A stretch of DNA of 64,000 nt from Candidatus Altimarinota bacterium (GTDB taxonomy: Bacteria; Patescibacteriota; Gracilibacteria; 1-14-2-50-48-13). This document shows positions 18,697 to 28,038 of the stretch, in pieces (the first letter of the stretch is position 1; each line of letters starts with the position of its first letter). The stretch covers positions 1-64,000 of the forward strand of contig JBKBWQ010000001.1 in assembly GCA_046314355.1 (NCBI GenBank). The letters are read 5' to 3'. Below the pieces are notes generated by a model. The model saw only the letters and a list, made by a program, of their open reading frames with translations, did not search any database and had not been told where the DNA came from. Position numbers and translations under genes: made by a program.

Positions 18697-20496
18697 ATGT
18701 ATAACAAAAAAACATCGTACGGTTTTTCCGAAAAGGTGTTAGAGAAAAAGATATTTAAAAGAATGTCGCCTCAACTAGAGTCCTTTACGATTCAACATCA
18801 AAAACTAGCTATTAATACTGCTCTGCTCGGAGCGCTTCTTCCATCTGTTCATGTATCCAGAAGTGAGACTGAAAAGAAAAAAATGAATATTGTTATGACA
18901 GCTCTTGCTCCAAGTGTACCGGAAGTCAGACCTCAAAGTCCTGAACAAAATCAGATGTCTGAAGAATTTTCTATATTTCTTTCAGATTTTAATGCAGTAC
19001 TCTCCGCAGATCGAGCAGAACATAAAGGTAAGAATGAATGGTATATACAGATAGAGAATTTGAAAAAATCTGCGTATTACGGAGAGTTTCTAAAAAAGTT
19101 TATAAGAACCGTTGATGAGGTATTGAACTTAGAAAAAAATAAGCACGATACAAAGATCCGAGGTGTACTTTCTTTTATATGTTCTAGGTTTTTGTACACT
19201 GAGAGTACAGGAGATATGCATGATAATACAATCCTCCAGGAACAGATCCTTTTATTTGGAAAGCTGATACAGAATGGATATATATTTGAGCACTCTTTTT
19301 CAGATTTTACACGGACTCTAAATGCAAATATAGAGAGTTTATCGCTCAGGAATATGAATTATATTCTTTATTCTATCGAAAGATCTCCGCAGCGTATACA
19401 ACGTACAAAGACAGGTATCAATGTGATATCAGCTATAGGTCCAAAAATGATAAGTGAGTTTAATAAAATGATGTCTGGAGATCGCCCAAAAGCGTATGAA
19501 TTCACTACAGAGACAAGCCATGATTTGACTCCAGATAATGTTATTCATTTTCTAAAGAATATATTGAAGATTACAACGTATACAAAGAAAGATTTTCACA
19601 CAGCGATGGAATTTCTTGTTCAAAGAAAAGACAGATTAGAGGAAAAAGATCTCAGATCATTATTTTGGATATTAAAAAAAGCAATGGTAAATATCGATCA
19701 GTGGCTTGATCCTTTTATGGGTCAAACTATGGAAGTTATACGGAAACTAAAAGTTTCGGATATGATATCTATGTATTATCAATATGTGATGTCCCATGGA
19801 AACAATCCTCAGATTCTCACTCTATTTCATGAAAAACTGAAGGAAAACAGTACTTCTCTTAAAAGTAATGAGATTAGCATATTATTTTATGTACATGCAT
19901 ATGATAAAAATAAAGATATGGATCTTCAAAAGATACTTCTGCAGAAAATAACTGATAAAAATCTTCACATATCTCCCACTGATATCATTTCCATTGTGAG
20001 AGCATTTGCGATCTTAAATATCTCTGTACCAAATCATATCAACCAGCTCTATCAGACACATATAAGAAGTATGAAAGATACATCTACACATCTTGAGAAG
20101 TCCATTGCAAGTTGGATGCGGACAGAAGTGAGTAAGCTTGGAGTGTTTTCATTTGAAAGCAATAAAATGAATAGCTTTGGTGTAGAAATGGATATTGTCG
20201 TAAGCAATGAATTTAATAAGCTCAATATTGAATGTGATGGAGTGATGTATCACAATACCAATTCAGAGAAACATCTAAAAGATGACCATAGAGATGCTCT
20301 TGTGCGAGAAGCAGGATTTGGAGTAATGAGAGTTACGGACAAGGAATTTTATAGTGATCCTGAACATCTACGACTACGCAGAAGATTACAGCGTTTTCTG
20401 AAATTAAAAGGAATGATAAAACCTACAAAGTATATTCCGTCCGGAAAACATCAACGCTCTATAAAAGAGGAGAATGAGCTCTCTAAAACGGAGTAA
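18697..20496 (+). CDS. Helical-repeat protein with C-terminal RAP/DUF559-like endonuclease domain
   Basis: EMDIVV...LNIECDGVMYH...D..RD..V...GFGVMRV; preceding helical repeat-like segments. Confidence 0.75.
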   Translation: MYNKKTSYGFSEKVLEKKIFKRMSPQLESFTIQHQKLAINTALLGALLPSVHVSRSETEKKKMNIVMTALAPSVPEVRPQSPEQNQMSEEFSIFLSDFNAVLSADRAEHKGKNEWYIQIENLKKSAYYGEFLKKFIRTVDEVLNLEKNKHDTKIRGVLSFICSRFLYTESTGDMHDNTILQEQILLFGKLIQNGYIFEHSFSDFTRTLNANIESLSLRNMNYILYSIERSPQRIQRTKTGINVISAIGPKMISEFNKMMSGDRPKAYEFTTETSHDLTPDNVIHFLKNILKITTYTKKDFHTAMEFLVQRKDRLEEKDLRSLFWILKKAMVNIDQWLDPFMGQTMEVIRKLKVSDMISMYYQYVMSHGNNPQILTLFHEKLKENSTSLKSNEISILFYVHAYDKNKDMDLQKILLQKITDKNLHISPTDIISIVRAFAILNISVPNHINQLYQTHIRSMKDTSTHLEKSIASWMRTEVSKLGVFSFESNKMNSFGVEMDIVVSNEFNKLNIECDGVMYHNTNSEKHLKDDHRDALVREAGFGVMRVTDKEFYSDPEHLRLRRRLQRFLKLKGMIKPTKYIPSGKHQRSIKEENELSKTE

Positions 20497-20507
20497 ATAG
20501 TATAAAT

Positions 20508-20534
20508 AAAAAACCCTCATCCCGAGGGTTTTTT
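20508..20534. terminator. Bidirectional intrinsic terminator
   Basis: aaaaaaccctc-atccc-gagggtttttt between convergent genes. Confidence 0.85.
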
Positions 20535-20540
20535 ATTTAT

Positions 20541-22238
20541 TTACTGAAGAGTAGTCAGGAAATCTTTAAAGATTTTTCTTTTCACTACTGGCTTCAAATC
20601 AATAAAATCTTTGCTGATTGAACTCCTCATTATATCTGCTGTAAGATCTTTCATGATCATATCAATGGCTGGAGATAATTGATCGTTCGTTGGAGTAAAA
20701 TCGATTATCCAGTTATCGTAGAATTTTTTATCATCCGCACGTTCTCCAAAGTAAGAGATGATGATATCGATATATTGAAAAATATTTTTCTGTAAGGCAA
20801 CTGTTTCAGGATAGGTGAGTCCTTCCTGATATATTCCGAAATCCTTAAGTAGATCGCTAAATACTGTAGAGATAATAGTACGAATGTTTTGCGCTTTTAT
20901 GTATGTTTCAATATACGCTTTGTTCTTCATTACTTCATCTATTTTATGCTCTATGACATCTACAGAATTTGATTCATTAATTGCCTGAGTAATGAGTCCA
21001 TGATTTTCTGCAACAAATCGGTAAGGTGTATTTTGAGGATAAATTGTAGAAGATACTTCATTTGCTGTTTTACCTTCTGAATTAATTACGAGCGCTTCAC
21101 GAAGTCTGTATCCTTGAGGAATTTTGTTAAAAGAGCTTGTTCGTGAATTATTTTCTGTCCAGTTTTTTCTTTCATTATTTCCTTTTTTAGAGGAAATGTA
21201 GTTTCTCACATTTCTCTCAACCAATTCTTTTGCTGAATTTGTCTGAGAATTTACTTTTATAATATGAATTAATTCTGAAGGTTTTCTATCATATGTGGTT
21301 TCTACTTCTTCTTTGTTTTCTCTCTCGTGCGTTGGGTTCTGTAGCACTTTAGAAGCAGCTGCCTGTTGAGCAAGTATATTAAAGATTGAATTTACTGCTG
21401 CTATGTAATCACCGTCAGTATTTTTTTCTGTATCAAGCTCAAAGGTATTATCTAGCATATCCCCATTTTCATTGATTCGTATAACTAGTCCTTTAGATAA
21501 TGTATTTCTGAGATTTACATCAGTAAGTTTGCTCATCTTCGTAATCTGATCATAAGTAAGCAAAGTTGATTTCCAAATATTTTCACCTTTTGGAAGATGT
21601 TCTTTCGCTATGTTTGCGTAGAAATAGTATTCGTTATTAATCTCTACAGGTCCTGGCAACTCTACTAGTTTATATTCATTTTTAAGAAGAGCAGAATCTA
21701 TCCAGGATTTCCCATTTTGCATTGTAAAATCTACAGATCGTTTGATGGAATGCACCTGGTCTTTTGCATATTTTTTTAAATACTGAGCAAGGATATAATC
21801 CACTAAGGACTCTTTGTTTAAGTTACTCGCATTCTCTTCAGAGAGATAACCCTTGTTTACAAGAAGGTTTTTAAAGGCATTCGTAAGTGAACTGTCCATC
21901 ACATCTTCGTCAGAATGGCTGCCTGCTATCTTATCTTTCAATCCTTTTTGCGTAGGACGTAGAACTATGGTGTCTGCAATCTTATCTTTTATAAGAATGT
22001 AGTTTGTCTTGGCTTTGCTATTATGAAAAATATACCCCTTGAGAAGACGTGCCTCATCCTCATCTCGTAATAAGTGATCAAAATTTTTTCCAAGATCGGA
22101 ATTGATAAAATAATTTTTTCGGAGAGCTCTTATCTTATCCTGGGAAAAAAGTGAAGTAAGTTCTGCAGAGAGCGTTTCATAATTATTATTGTATGTTCGC
22201 TTCTCGGGAAACTTAGGTGAATAGTGTGTCGAGATCAT
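20541..22238 (-). CDS. Hypothetical protein (565 aa)
   Basis: Long ORF; no motif recognised. Confidence 0.75.
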   Translation of the reverse strand: MISTHYSPKFPEKRTYNNNYETLSAELTSLFSQDKIRALRKNYFINSDLGKNFDHLLRDEDEARLLKGYIFHNSKAKTNYILIKDKIADTIVLRPTQKGLKDKIAGSHSDEDVMDSSLTNAFKNLLVNKGYLSEENASNLNKESLVDYILAQYLKKYAKDQVHSIKRSVDFTMQNGKSWIDSALLKNEYKLVELPGPVEINNEYYFYANIAKEHLPKGENIWKSTLLTYDQITKMSKLTDVNLRNTLSKGLVIRINENGDMLDNTFELDTEKNTDGDYIAAVNSIFNILAQQAAASKVLQNPTHERENKEEVETTYDRKPSELIHIIKVNSQTNSAKELVERNVRNYISSKKGNNERKNWTENNSRTSSFNKIPQGYRLREALVINSEGKTANEVSSTIYPQNTPYRFVAENHGLITQAINESNSVDVIEHKIDEVMKNKAYIETYIKAQNIRTIISTVFSDLLKDFGIYQEGLTYPETVALQKNIFQYIDIIISYFGERADDKKFYDNWIIDFTPTNDQLSPAIDMIMKDLTADIMRSSISKDFIDLKPVVKRKIFKDFLTTLQ

Positions 22239-22332
22239 AGAAAAGATTAATATGTTAATATTATAATAACATAAAAATATAGAAGTCGCAATTAGCGTCT
22301 TCTATATGAATTTAAGCAACTTGATTCTCAGA

Positions 22333-22851
22333 TTATAAATATTTGAGAATCATATGCATTATGTTTGTATCTAGGCTTTCTCCTTTCAAGAAACCTTGAA
22401 TTATTGCGGAATGTTCATTCCAGATATTATCTTTCTGTTGTTTATCCGAAGCTGTCCTGAGACCAATGTAGAACGCTTTTGCAAGCTTCTCGCTGTACTC
22501 TGGATAACTTGCAGATAAATAAGCAAAAAGATTCTTCAACATGAGATCTATACTCGTCTCTGGTATAGTAATCTTAAAATCTATACCTTTGTAGTCTTGA
22601 GAGAGTATGCGCGCCTGAAGTAGAGACCATAGCGAACTCAGCAGTGTATAGTTACTTTGATGAGTCGACTGAGGAAAATACTTTTCTACTCTCCAGTCTA
22701 ATAGTTTCACAATAGATCCAAATTGACCGGTTTTAATCCTATTGAGCTCCTTATACCATATTTTTGGAATAGGTACTTCTAGCTTTGCTATAAGATTCAA
22801 TATTACTAAAACTGTATATACAGTTTGATAATAGAGAATATCTTTTTTCAC
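22333..22851 (-). CDS. Hypothetical protein (GTG start after AAGGAGGT)
   Basis: Strong SD aaggaggt-aaaaat-GTG at 22851; terminator-like hairpin at 22277-22306. Confidence 0.65.
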   Translation of the reverse strand: MKKDILYYQTVYTVLVILNLIAKLEVPIPKIWYKELNRIKTGQFGSIVKLLDWRVEKYFPQSTHQSNYTLLSSLWSLLQARILSQDYKGIDFKITIPETSIDLMLKNLFAYLSASYPEYSEKLAKAFYIGLRTASDKQQKDNIWNEHSAIIQGFLKGESLDTNIMHMILKYL

Positions 22852-23001
22852 ATTTTTACCTCCTTTTTGTATACTTAGGCATATTACAATTTTTTTTAAA
22901 AATAGCAATAATATATTAAGTTGTTAACATTTTCTGTCACTAAGTGTAAATTTTGTTTTCTATAAACAAAAATAGCGAATTTACAAATACATGTTATATT
23001 T

Positions 23002-23173
23002 TTGAGTATATTTTATATTTCTGATAGTATACCGCTGTCTTCAATGAAGGGAATAGAAATATTCGCCTCACGGAGAATGCAATGATCTTTTACAGTAAGT
23101 GAGAAATGTAAATTTAAAAGAATTTATTAATTGTTATTTTTGCTTAAAGTAAGCAAAGAAAAGGAGGCTTCAT
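23002..23173 (+). promoter_or_regulatory. Promoter, four-way-junction leader motif (copy B) and SD of cassette 3
   Basis: TTGAGT-N17-TAGTAT with TG extension; shared 32-nt core; AAGGAGG before ATG. Confidence 0.78.
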
Positions 23174-23785
23174 ATGGCAGGAATGGGAGTATCGTATAGC
23201 GTAAGTACCGATAGAGAACTCTCTGTAGATGAAAGAGTTACTACTCAGACTTTGCTCAACAGAAGGTCACAGATTCATCAAAGACTTCAAGTACTCAGAG
23301 AGTTAGATATGAGTATTGAATTTAAGAATCAGTGTCCAAAGTGTGCTTATCAGGTAACTCTGGAAGAAGTGTTAGAAGGTTTTGATCTAAGTAAGACCTA
23401 TGATACTAGAACCGAGTGTCCTAAATGTAGAGAAAAGTTTCAGCCTGAAATTGAATTTAATCATTTGGCTCATAACGGATCTTATACGTTCTATTGTGAA
23501 ACCCAGGCTCTACAAGCCCTAGAGGATGAATATGAAAATATGAATCCTATGGAAATTTTAGAGGATAATCCGGGACTCTTTATCTCTAGCTTAGTACATT
23601 TTGGTGCGATACCGAATGCATTTAAGATGATTGACACTGAGTATAACTGGAAATTTAAATACAATAAATGGAAAGAAAGAGCCATTCCGTACTTAAATAT
23701 CATACCTGTAGGAGTACTTGCCGAAGTTTTAGGTGTAAGTAACTCTAGTCTCTATAAGTTAAAGAAATTGCACGCAAAAGAATAG
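23174..23785 (+). CDS. Hypothetical zinc-ribbon protein with putative C-terminal HTH
   Basis: CPKC...CPKC; VGVLAEVLGVSNSSLYKL HTH-like tail. Confidence 0.75.
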   Translation: MAGMGVSYSVSTDRELSVDERVTTQTLLNRRSQIHQRLQVLRELDMSIEFKNQCPKCAYQVTLEEVLEGFDLSKTYDTRTECPKCREKFQPEIEFNHLAHNGSYTFYCETQALQALEDEYENMNPMEILEDNPGLFISSLVHFGAIPNAFKMIDTEYNWKFKYNKWKERAIPYLNIIPVGVLAEVLGVSNSSLYKLKKLHAKE

Positions 23786-23811
23786 TTTCTCACTCTGAAA
23801 AATAAATCAGT

Positions 23812-23840
23812 ACCACTGCATATGTATGCGGTGGTTTTTT
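23812..23840 (+). terminator. Intrinsic terminator of cassette 3
   Basis: accactgcata-tg-tatgcggtggt-ttttt. Confidence 0.85.
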
Positions 23841-23910
23841 ATTATGTAAAAATACTATCTTTTGATATGATCCAGATCTTTCTCAATTATCTCGACTTAT
23901 TTCCACTCTT

Positions 23911-23977
23911 CACTTAAGCTAAGAACACTAATCATCAGCTTTCCTCATGTCGAAACTCGAAAAAATAAAAGAACTCC
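23911..23977 (+). repeat. 67-bp direct repeat, right (intact) copy
   Basis: Matches 12728-12794; contains the start codon of the O-methyltransferase. Confidence 0.9.
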
Positions 23978-24513
23978 GTCTCGCCTCTATCGCCCGCAAA
24001 GTCCCGAATGTGACTGAAGAGAATGGGAAATTTCTCTATATGATGACACGTTCTCTGAAGCCGAAAAAGATTCTGGAGATTGGGACAGCAAACGGAATCT
24101 CTACACTTTTTTTTGCAGCGGCTCTTGAACAGAACGGAGAAGGGAAGATATATAGTATTGAGCCACAGGACAAGGATCACTTGGAGGCAAAAGGATATAT
24201 GAAGGAGCTAGATGTTGAAAAATATACTGAACTACATCACGGCAGAGTGCAGGATGTGCTGCCGGAGATAGATGAGGAGTTTGATCTGGTGTTTATAGAT
24301 GGTATGAAAAAGGAGTATGCTGAATACTTTCTTATTTCCTTATGGAGGACTCATCAGGATACTGTCTTTCTCTTTGATGATGTGATCAAATTCCGTCATA
24401 AAATGGATGCACTTTTTGAAGTACTTGAGGATAGAAAAGATGATTTTGAATGGACTATACTGCCTATTGATCCGGATGACGGTGTACTTATGCTTCATAA
24501 GAAAGCAGTATGA
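23947..24513 (+). CDS. Class I SAM-dependent O-methyltransferase (YrrM/TrmR-like)
   Basis: ILEIGTANGIS, FDLVFIDG motifs. Confidence 0.9.
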   Translation: MSKLEKIKELRLASIARKVPNVTEENGKFLYMMTRSLKPKKILEIGTANGISTLFFAAALEQNGEGKIYSIEPQDKDHLEAKGYMKELDVEKYTELHHGRVQDVLPEIDEEFDLVFIDGMKKEYAEYFLISLWRTHQDTVFLFDDVIKFRHKMDALFEVLEDRKDDFEWTILPIDPDDGVLMLHKKAV

Positions 24514-25475
24514 TAAAAACCTTTGCTGGATTCTTCTTTTCAGGAATTATCTTTTTCTCATCTGGAAGTACCATTAGTTCTTTTGATACAGCATCAGGCT
24601 CTATAGTCTCTAGTGACGTAAAGATCTCAAAGGCGACAGTAGATGGATTTAAGCAGCCGCTCTATTCAGATATAGTGATGAAGCATATTTCCCAAGACAT
24701 GGCGAAGCAGAAAGTGTTCTTTAGTGATGAAAAAAATACCATTCCAAGAATTGGAAGTAAATCATACTTAATTGGAGATCCCGAAAGCGGGGAGATCTTT
24801 TTGTCTCATGCAGAAAAGGATAAGCTCTCTATTGGCTCTCTGACAAAGCTAATGACTGCTGTAGTTGCCGTTGAACATTTTTCTCTTGATGAAGAAGTGA
24901 ATATTTCAAAGACTGCAGCAGAATTAGAGGGCGCAAAGATTAAATTTCTGATTGGAGAAAAAGTTGCTTTGTCGGATCTTCTGACCGCGACCTTGGTACG
25001 CTCAGGAAATGACGGTGCATATGCGATAGCTGAACATGCTCCTCTAGGAAAAGATCAATTTATAGAATGGATGAATCAAAAAGCGGTGATGCTTGGGATG
25101 AGCTCTTCTCATTTTTCAAATCCTATGGGGTTTGATGAGCCTGGCAATTTCTCTACGGCAAGAGACTTATTTATACTTGTGAGATATATTCTCTCTACTC
25201 AGCCTTACCTGAGAGATGCAGTGGCACGTGAGTCTTTTGAATTTACTTCTAAGACAGGCAGGTACCATCAAGTTGATACTACAAATTCCTTATTCAAGAG
25301 CTTTCTTAAAATACGCGGAATGAAGACAGGAACGACAGAAGATGCAGGTGCTTCATTTATTGGTCTGGCTGAAAATGAGAAGGGCGGAGATATGGTTGCG
25401 ATAGTACTGGCTAGTCCAGATAGATTTCAAGAAGCAAAGATATTATTTTGGTGGGCACTTTCACATTTGAAATAA
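24510..25475 (+). CDS. D-alanyl-D-alanine carboxypeptidase (peptidase S11)
   Basis: SLTK, SGN, KTG penicillin-binding motifs. Confidence 0.93.
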   Translation: MIKTFAGFFFSGIIFFSSGSTISSFDTASGSIVSSDVKISKATVDGFKQPLYSDIVMKHISQDMAKQKVFFSDEKNTIPRIGSKSYLIGDPESGEIFLSHAEKDKLSIGSLTKLMTAVVAVEHFSLDEEVNISKTAAELEGAKIKFLIGEKVALSDLLTATLVRSGNDGAYAIAEHAPLGKDQFIEWMNQKAVMLGMSSSHFSNPMGFDEPGNFSTARDLFILVRYILSTQPYLRDAVARESFEFTSKTGRYHQVDTTNSLFKSFLKIRGMKTGTTEDAGASFIGLAENEKGGDMVAIVLASPDRFQEAKILFWWALSHLK

Positions 25476-25507
25476 AAAAATACCCTTCAGTGTAGAAGGG
25501 TATTTTT

Positions 25508-26053
25508 TTATGCTGCTTGTTTTTCTTCTGGACTAGATGGTGCTTGGGTCGGACTTGGCTGTAAAGGAGTTGGGACCGTATTTATGGGTGTTGGTACCGG
25601 TGCTACTGTAGGTACTGCCTGTACTGGAGCTAACGCAGGATTAGGATTAGGATTAGGATTAGGATTAGGAGCTGGAGTCAAAACTGGAGTTGTAGCTACT
25701 GGCTGTGCTTGCACAGGAGTGCTCTCAGGCTTTGTGCTTGCGCCGAAGAGTTTATCATAAAGACCATTGTATGCTTTCTGGTAAGCTCCTTCTGCAAAAT
25801 GTTTCGTACCTGTGATTCCTTTTTCAAGAGTCTCCTTGTTCATCTTAAGGTTTTTTACTTTAGAAAGAGCAGTATTGATTTTTTCAGAATCCTTTACCTT
25901 CTGTACCTGAGTATTGATAGCACTTTTTAATTTTCCAAAAAGTGAAGAATGAGCTGGCTTCTGTTCAATGTTTGAAGAAACTATCTGTGGAGATTGTTCT
26001 GGTGTTTTTGGTGCTGCTGGTTCTAGTGTAACCGGAGTTTCGCTAAGTGCCAT
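25508..26053 (-). CDS. Hypothetical Pro-rich protein with PN repeat
   Basis: Low-complexity Pro/Thr/Asn tail; bidirectional terminator at 25476-25508. Confidence 0.7.
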   Translation of the reverse strand: MALSETPVTLEPAAPKTPEQSPQIVSSNIEQKPAHSSLFGKLKSAINTQVQKVKDSEKINTALSKVKNLKMNKETLEKGITGTKHFAEGAYQKAYNGLYDKLFGASTKPESTPVQAQPVATTPVLTPAPNPNPNPNPNPALAPVQAVPTVAPVPTPINTVPTPLQPSPTQAPSSPEEKQAA

Positions 26054-26174
26054 GGAAAGAGTAGTTAATATACGTTCATATTATTATACATCACATAGTA
26101 CTTTTTTTGCAAAAATGACAGACAAGTTATTTAAAAAAGCTCTGTTCCCAAGAGAAACAGAGCTTTTTGTACTG

Positions 26175-27566
26175 CTATGCTGCAAGCTTTTCAGCTAAAT
26201 AAGTCTTTAGATCAGCTATTGCTACTCTTTCCTGTACCATCGTATCTCGATCTCGCACAGTCACCATGTTATCCTCAAGACTATCGAAGTCATAAGTGAT
26301 GCAGTACGGTGTACCAATCTCATCCTGTCTTCGGTATCTTTTACCCACATTTCCGTTCATATCAAATTCTGTTTGATACTCCCTGGAAAGAGTTTGGAAA
26401 ATCTCACGTGCCTTTTCTACAAGTTCAGGTTTATTCTTCATTAAAGGGAATACAGCGACCTTTACCGGTGCGAGATGTTTAGGAAACTTCATGACTGTTC
26501 TTGTCTCCTCTCCTACTTTTTCCTCGGTATATGCAAGATCCATAAAGAGAAGAAAAAGTCTGTTGAGACCTACTGAAGTTTCCATAATATGCGGGATAAA
26601 TCTCTCCTTTGTCTGATCATCAAAGTAAGCGAGATCGACTCCTGAGAATTTACTGTGCTGGCTAAGGTCCCAATCTCCTCGCGCATGGATACCTTCCACT
26701 TCTTTGAATCCTTTGAGACAGCCGTAGTTGAATTCAATGTCATAGGCATCAGAAGCATAGTGAGCAAGCTTTTCATGCTTATACCATCTGATTCTATCCT
26801 CCGGCACTCCGTTTTCCAGGAACCATTTCCATCTGATATCTTTCCACATAGAAAAGGAAGTCTCCATCATAGAAGGATGAAGGAAATACTGCATTTCCAT
26901 CTGCTCGAACTCCCGTGTTCTAAAGACAAACTGACGAGCTACGATCTCATTTCGAAAGGCTTTACCTACCTGTGCTATACCAAACGGAAGCTTCGGATGC
27001 ATAGATTCGAGAGTATTCTTGTACTCAAGATAGATACCTCCGCATGTCTCAGGACGGAGATAGCTAATATTATCTTCATCTGTGAGATCTCCAGTTGGAG
27101 AACCGAGGTTTGATTTTACGATAAGCATAAATCTCTTTGCCTCAGTAAGGTCCTTTGATCCACACTTCGCACATTTTAGTTTTCCTTCTGCGCGCAGTTT
27201 ATCGAGCTCAGCATTGATGACATCAAGAGGTTGCTTGTCTGCATTTACCCCAAACTCTTCTAATATATGATCTGCTCTATACCGGGATTTACATTCCTTA
27301 CAGTCAATCTGAGGATCATCAAAATTTTCGATGTGTCCAGAAGCAAGCCATGTACGAGGATGCATGAAGATCGCACTATCAAGTCCGATGATATCTTCAC
27401 GGTACTGAACCATGGATTTCCACCAGCTATCGCGAATGTTGTTTTTCAAAAGTGCTCCGTAATGACCGTAGTCATAGATAGCGCTGAATCCCCCATAGAT
27501 TTCAGAGGAAGGAAAGACGAATGCACGTCGTTTAGATAGACTAACTATCTGTTCCATTGTTGCCAT
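26175..27566 (-). CDS. glyQS: Glycine--tRNA ligase, alpha2 (homodimeric) type
   Basis: SEIYGG, YLRPET, GKAFRNEI, FRTREFEQME, GKRYRRQDEIGTP. Confidence 0.96.
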   Translation of the reverse strand: MATMEQIVSLSKRRAFVFPSSEIYGGFSAIYDYGHYGALLKNNIRDSWWKSMVQYREDIIGLDSAIFMHPRTWLASGHIENFDDPQIDCKECKSRYRADHILEEFGVNADKQPLDVINAELDKLRAEGKLKCAKCGSKDLTEAKRFMLIVKSNLGSPTGDLTDEDNISYLRPETCGGIYLEYKNTLESMHPKLPFGIAQVGKAFRNEIVARQFVFRTREFEQMEMQYFLHPSMMETSFSMWKDIRWKWFLENGVPEDRIRWYKHEKLAHYASDAYDIEFNYGCLKGFKEVEGIHARGDWDLSQHSKFSGVDLAYFDDQTKERFIPHIMETSVGLNRLFLLFMDLAYTEEKVGEETRTVMKFPKHLAPVKVAVFPLMKNKPELVEKAREIFQTLSREYQTEFDMNGNVGKRYRRQDEIGTPYCITYDFDSLEDNMVTVRDRDTMVQERVAIADLKTYLAEKLAA

Positions 27567-27605
27567 AATGGTAATTGGTAACTAAGTAATTAAGTAATTT
27601 GAGAA

Positions 27606-27661
27606 TGTCATCCCGTTCGATAAATATTTCTTGAGCATCTTATTCCTGCCCAACGGGATCC
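27606..27661. repeat. REP-like element tgtcatcccgttcga...caacgggatcc
   Basis: atcccgtt/aacgggat terminal inverted repeat; similar to 369-425. Confidence 0.65.
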
Positions 27662-27693
27662 AATTGGTATGAAGCTATTTCTTATTCTTACAC

Positions 27694-27862
27694 AAAAATA
27701 ACCTCATAGCATTGCTATCAGGGACGAGTATTTACCCGTGGTTCCACCCATATTCCGTGAACCACTCGCTTCGCTCGGGTACACGGCACGCCGGTACGAG
27801 ATAACTAGTGATCACGACACTTTCATTCTATGCCGGCGAAAAGGCGCCAATCTCTTTTCGTG
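27694..27862 (-). promoter_or_regulatory. T-box riboswitch leader of glyQS (Gly GGC specifier, ultrashort stem I)
   Basis: Minus strand: AATATGGGTGGAACCACGG...CTCGTCCC antiterminator, terminator plus U-run; CGAAAAG-AGATTGGCGC-CTTTTCG stem I; promoter TTGGCA-N17-TATAGT. Confidence 0.85.
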
Positions 27863-27903
27863 GAAACTATATCATGAGTGAAATATTATGCCAATAGGAA
27901 ACA

Positions 27904-28038
27904 TTGACATAATAAGAATAAGTATTAATATGCGCACAAGCTTAATTGCGAAAAGGGGTACATGAGTTCATGTATTCCAGATCCGTAGGGGCTCGCGATT
28001 GAAGTGATTATGTTTTTTTGAAAATTGGAGGATAAAAA
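27904..28038 (+). promoter_or_regulatory. Promoter, three-way-junction leader and SD of cassette 4
   Basis: TTGACA at 27904; ttaattgcga...tcgcgattga closing helix with inner gggtacatga/tcatgtattc hairpin; GGAGG before ATG. Confidence 0.65.

Noticed and set aside
12728-23977. Prophage or integron
   Set aside because: No integrase, structural or replication genes recognised; no attC-like RYYYAAC/GTTRRRY pattern; genes face both directions
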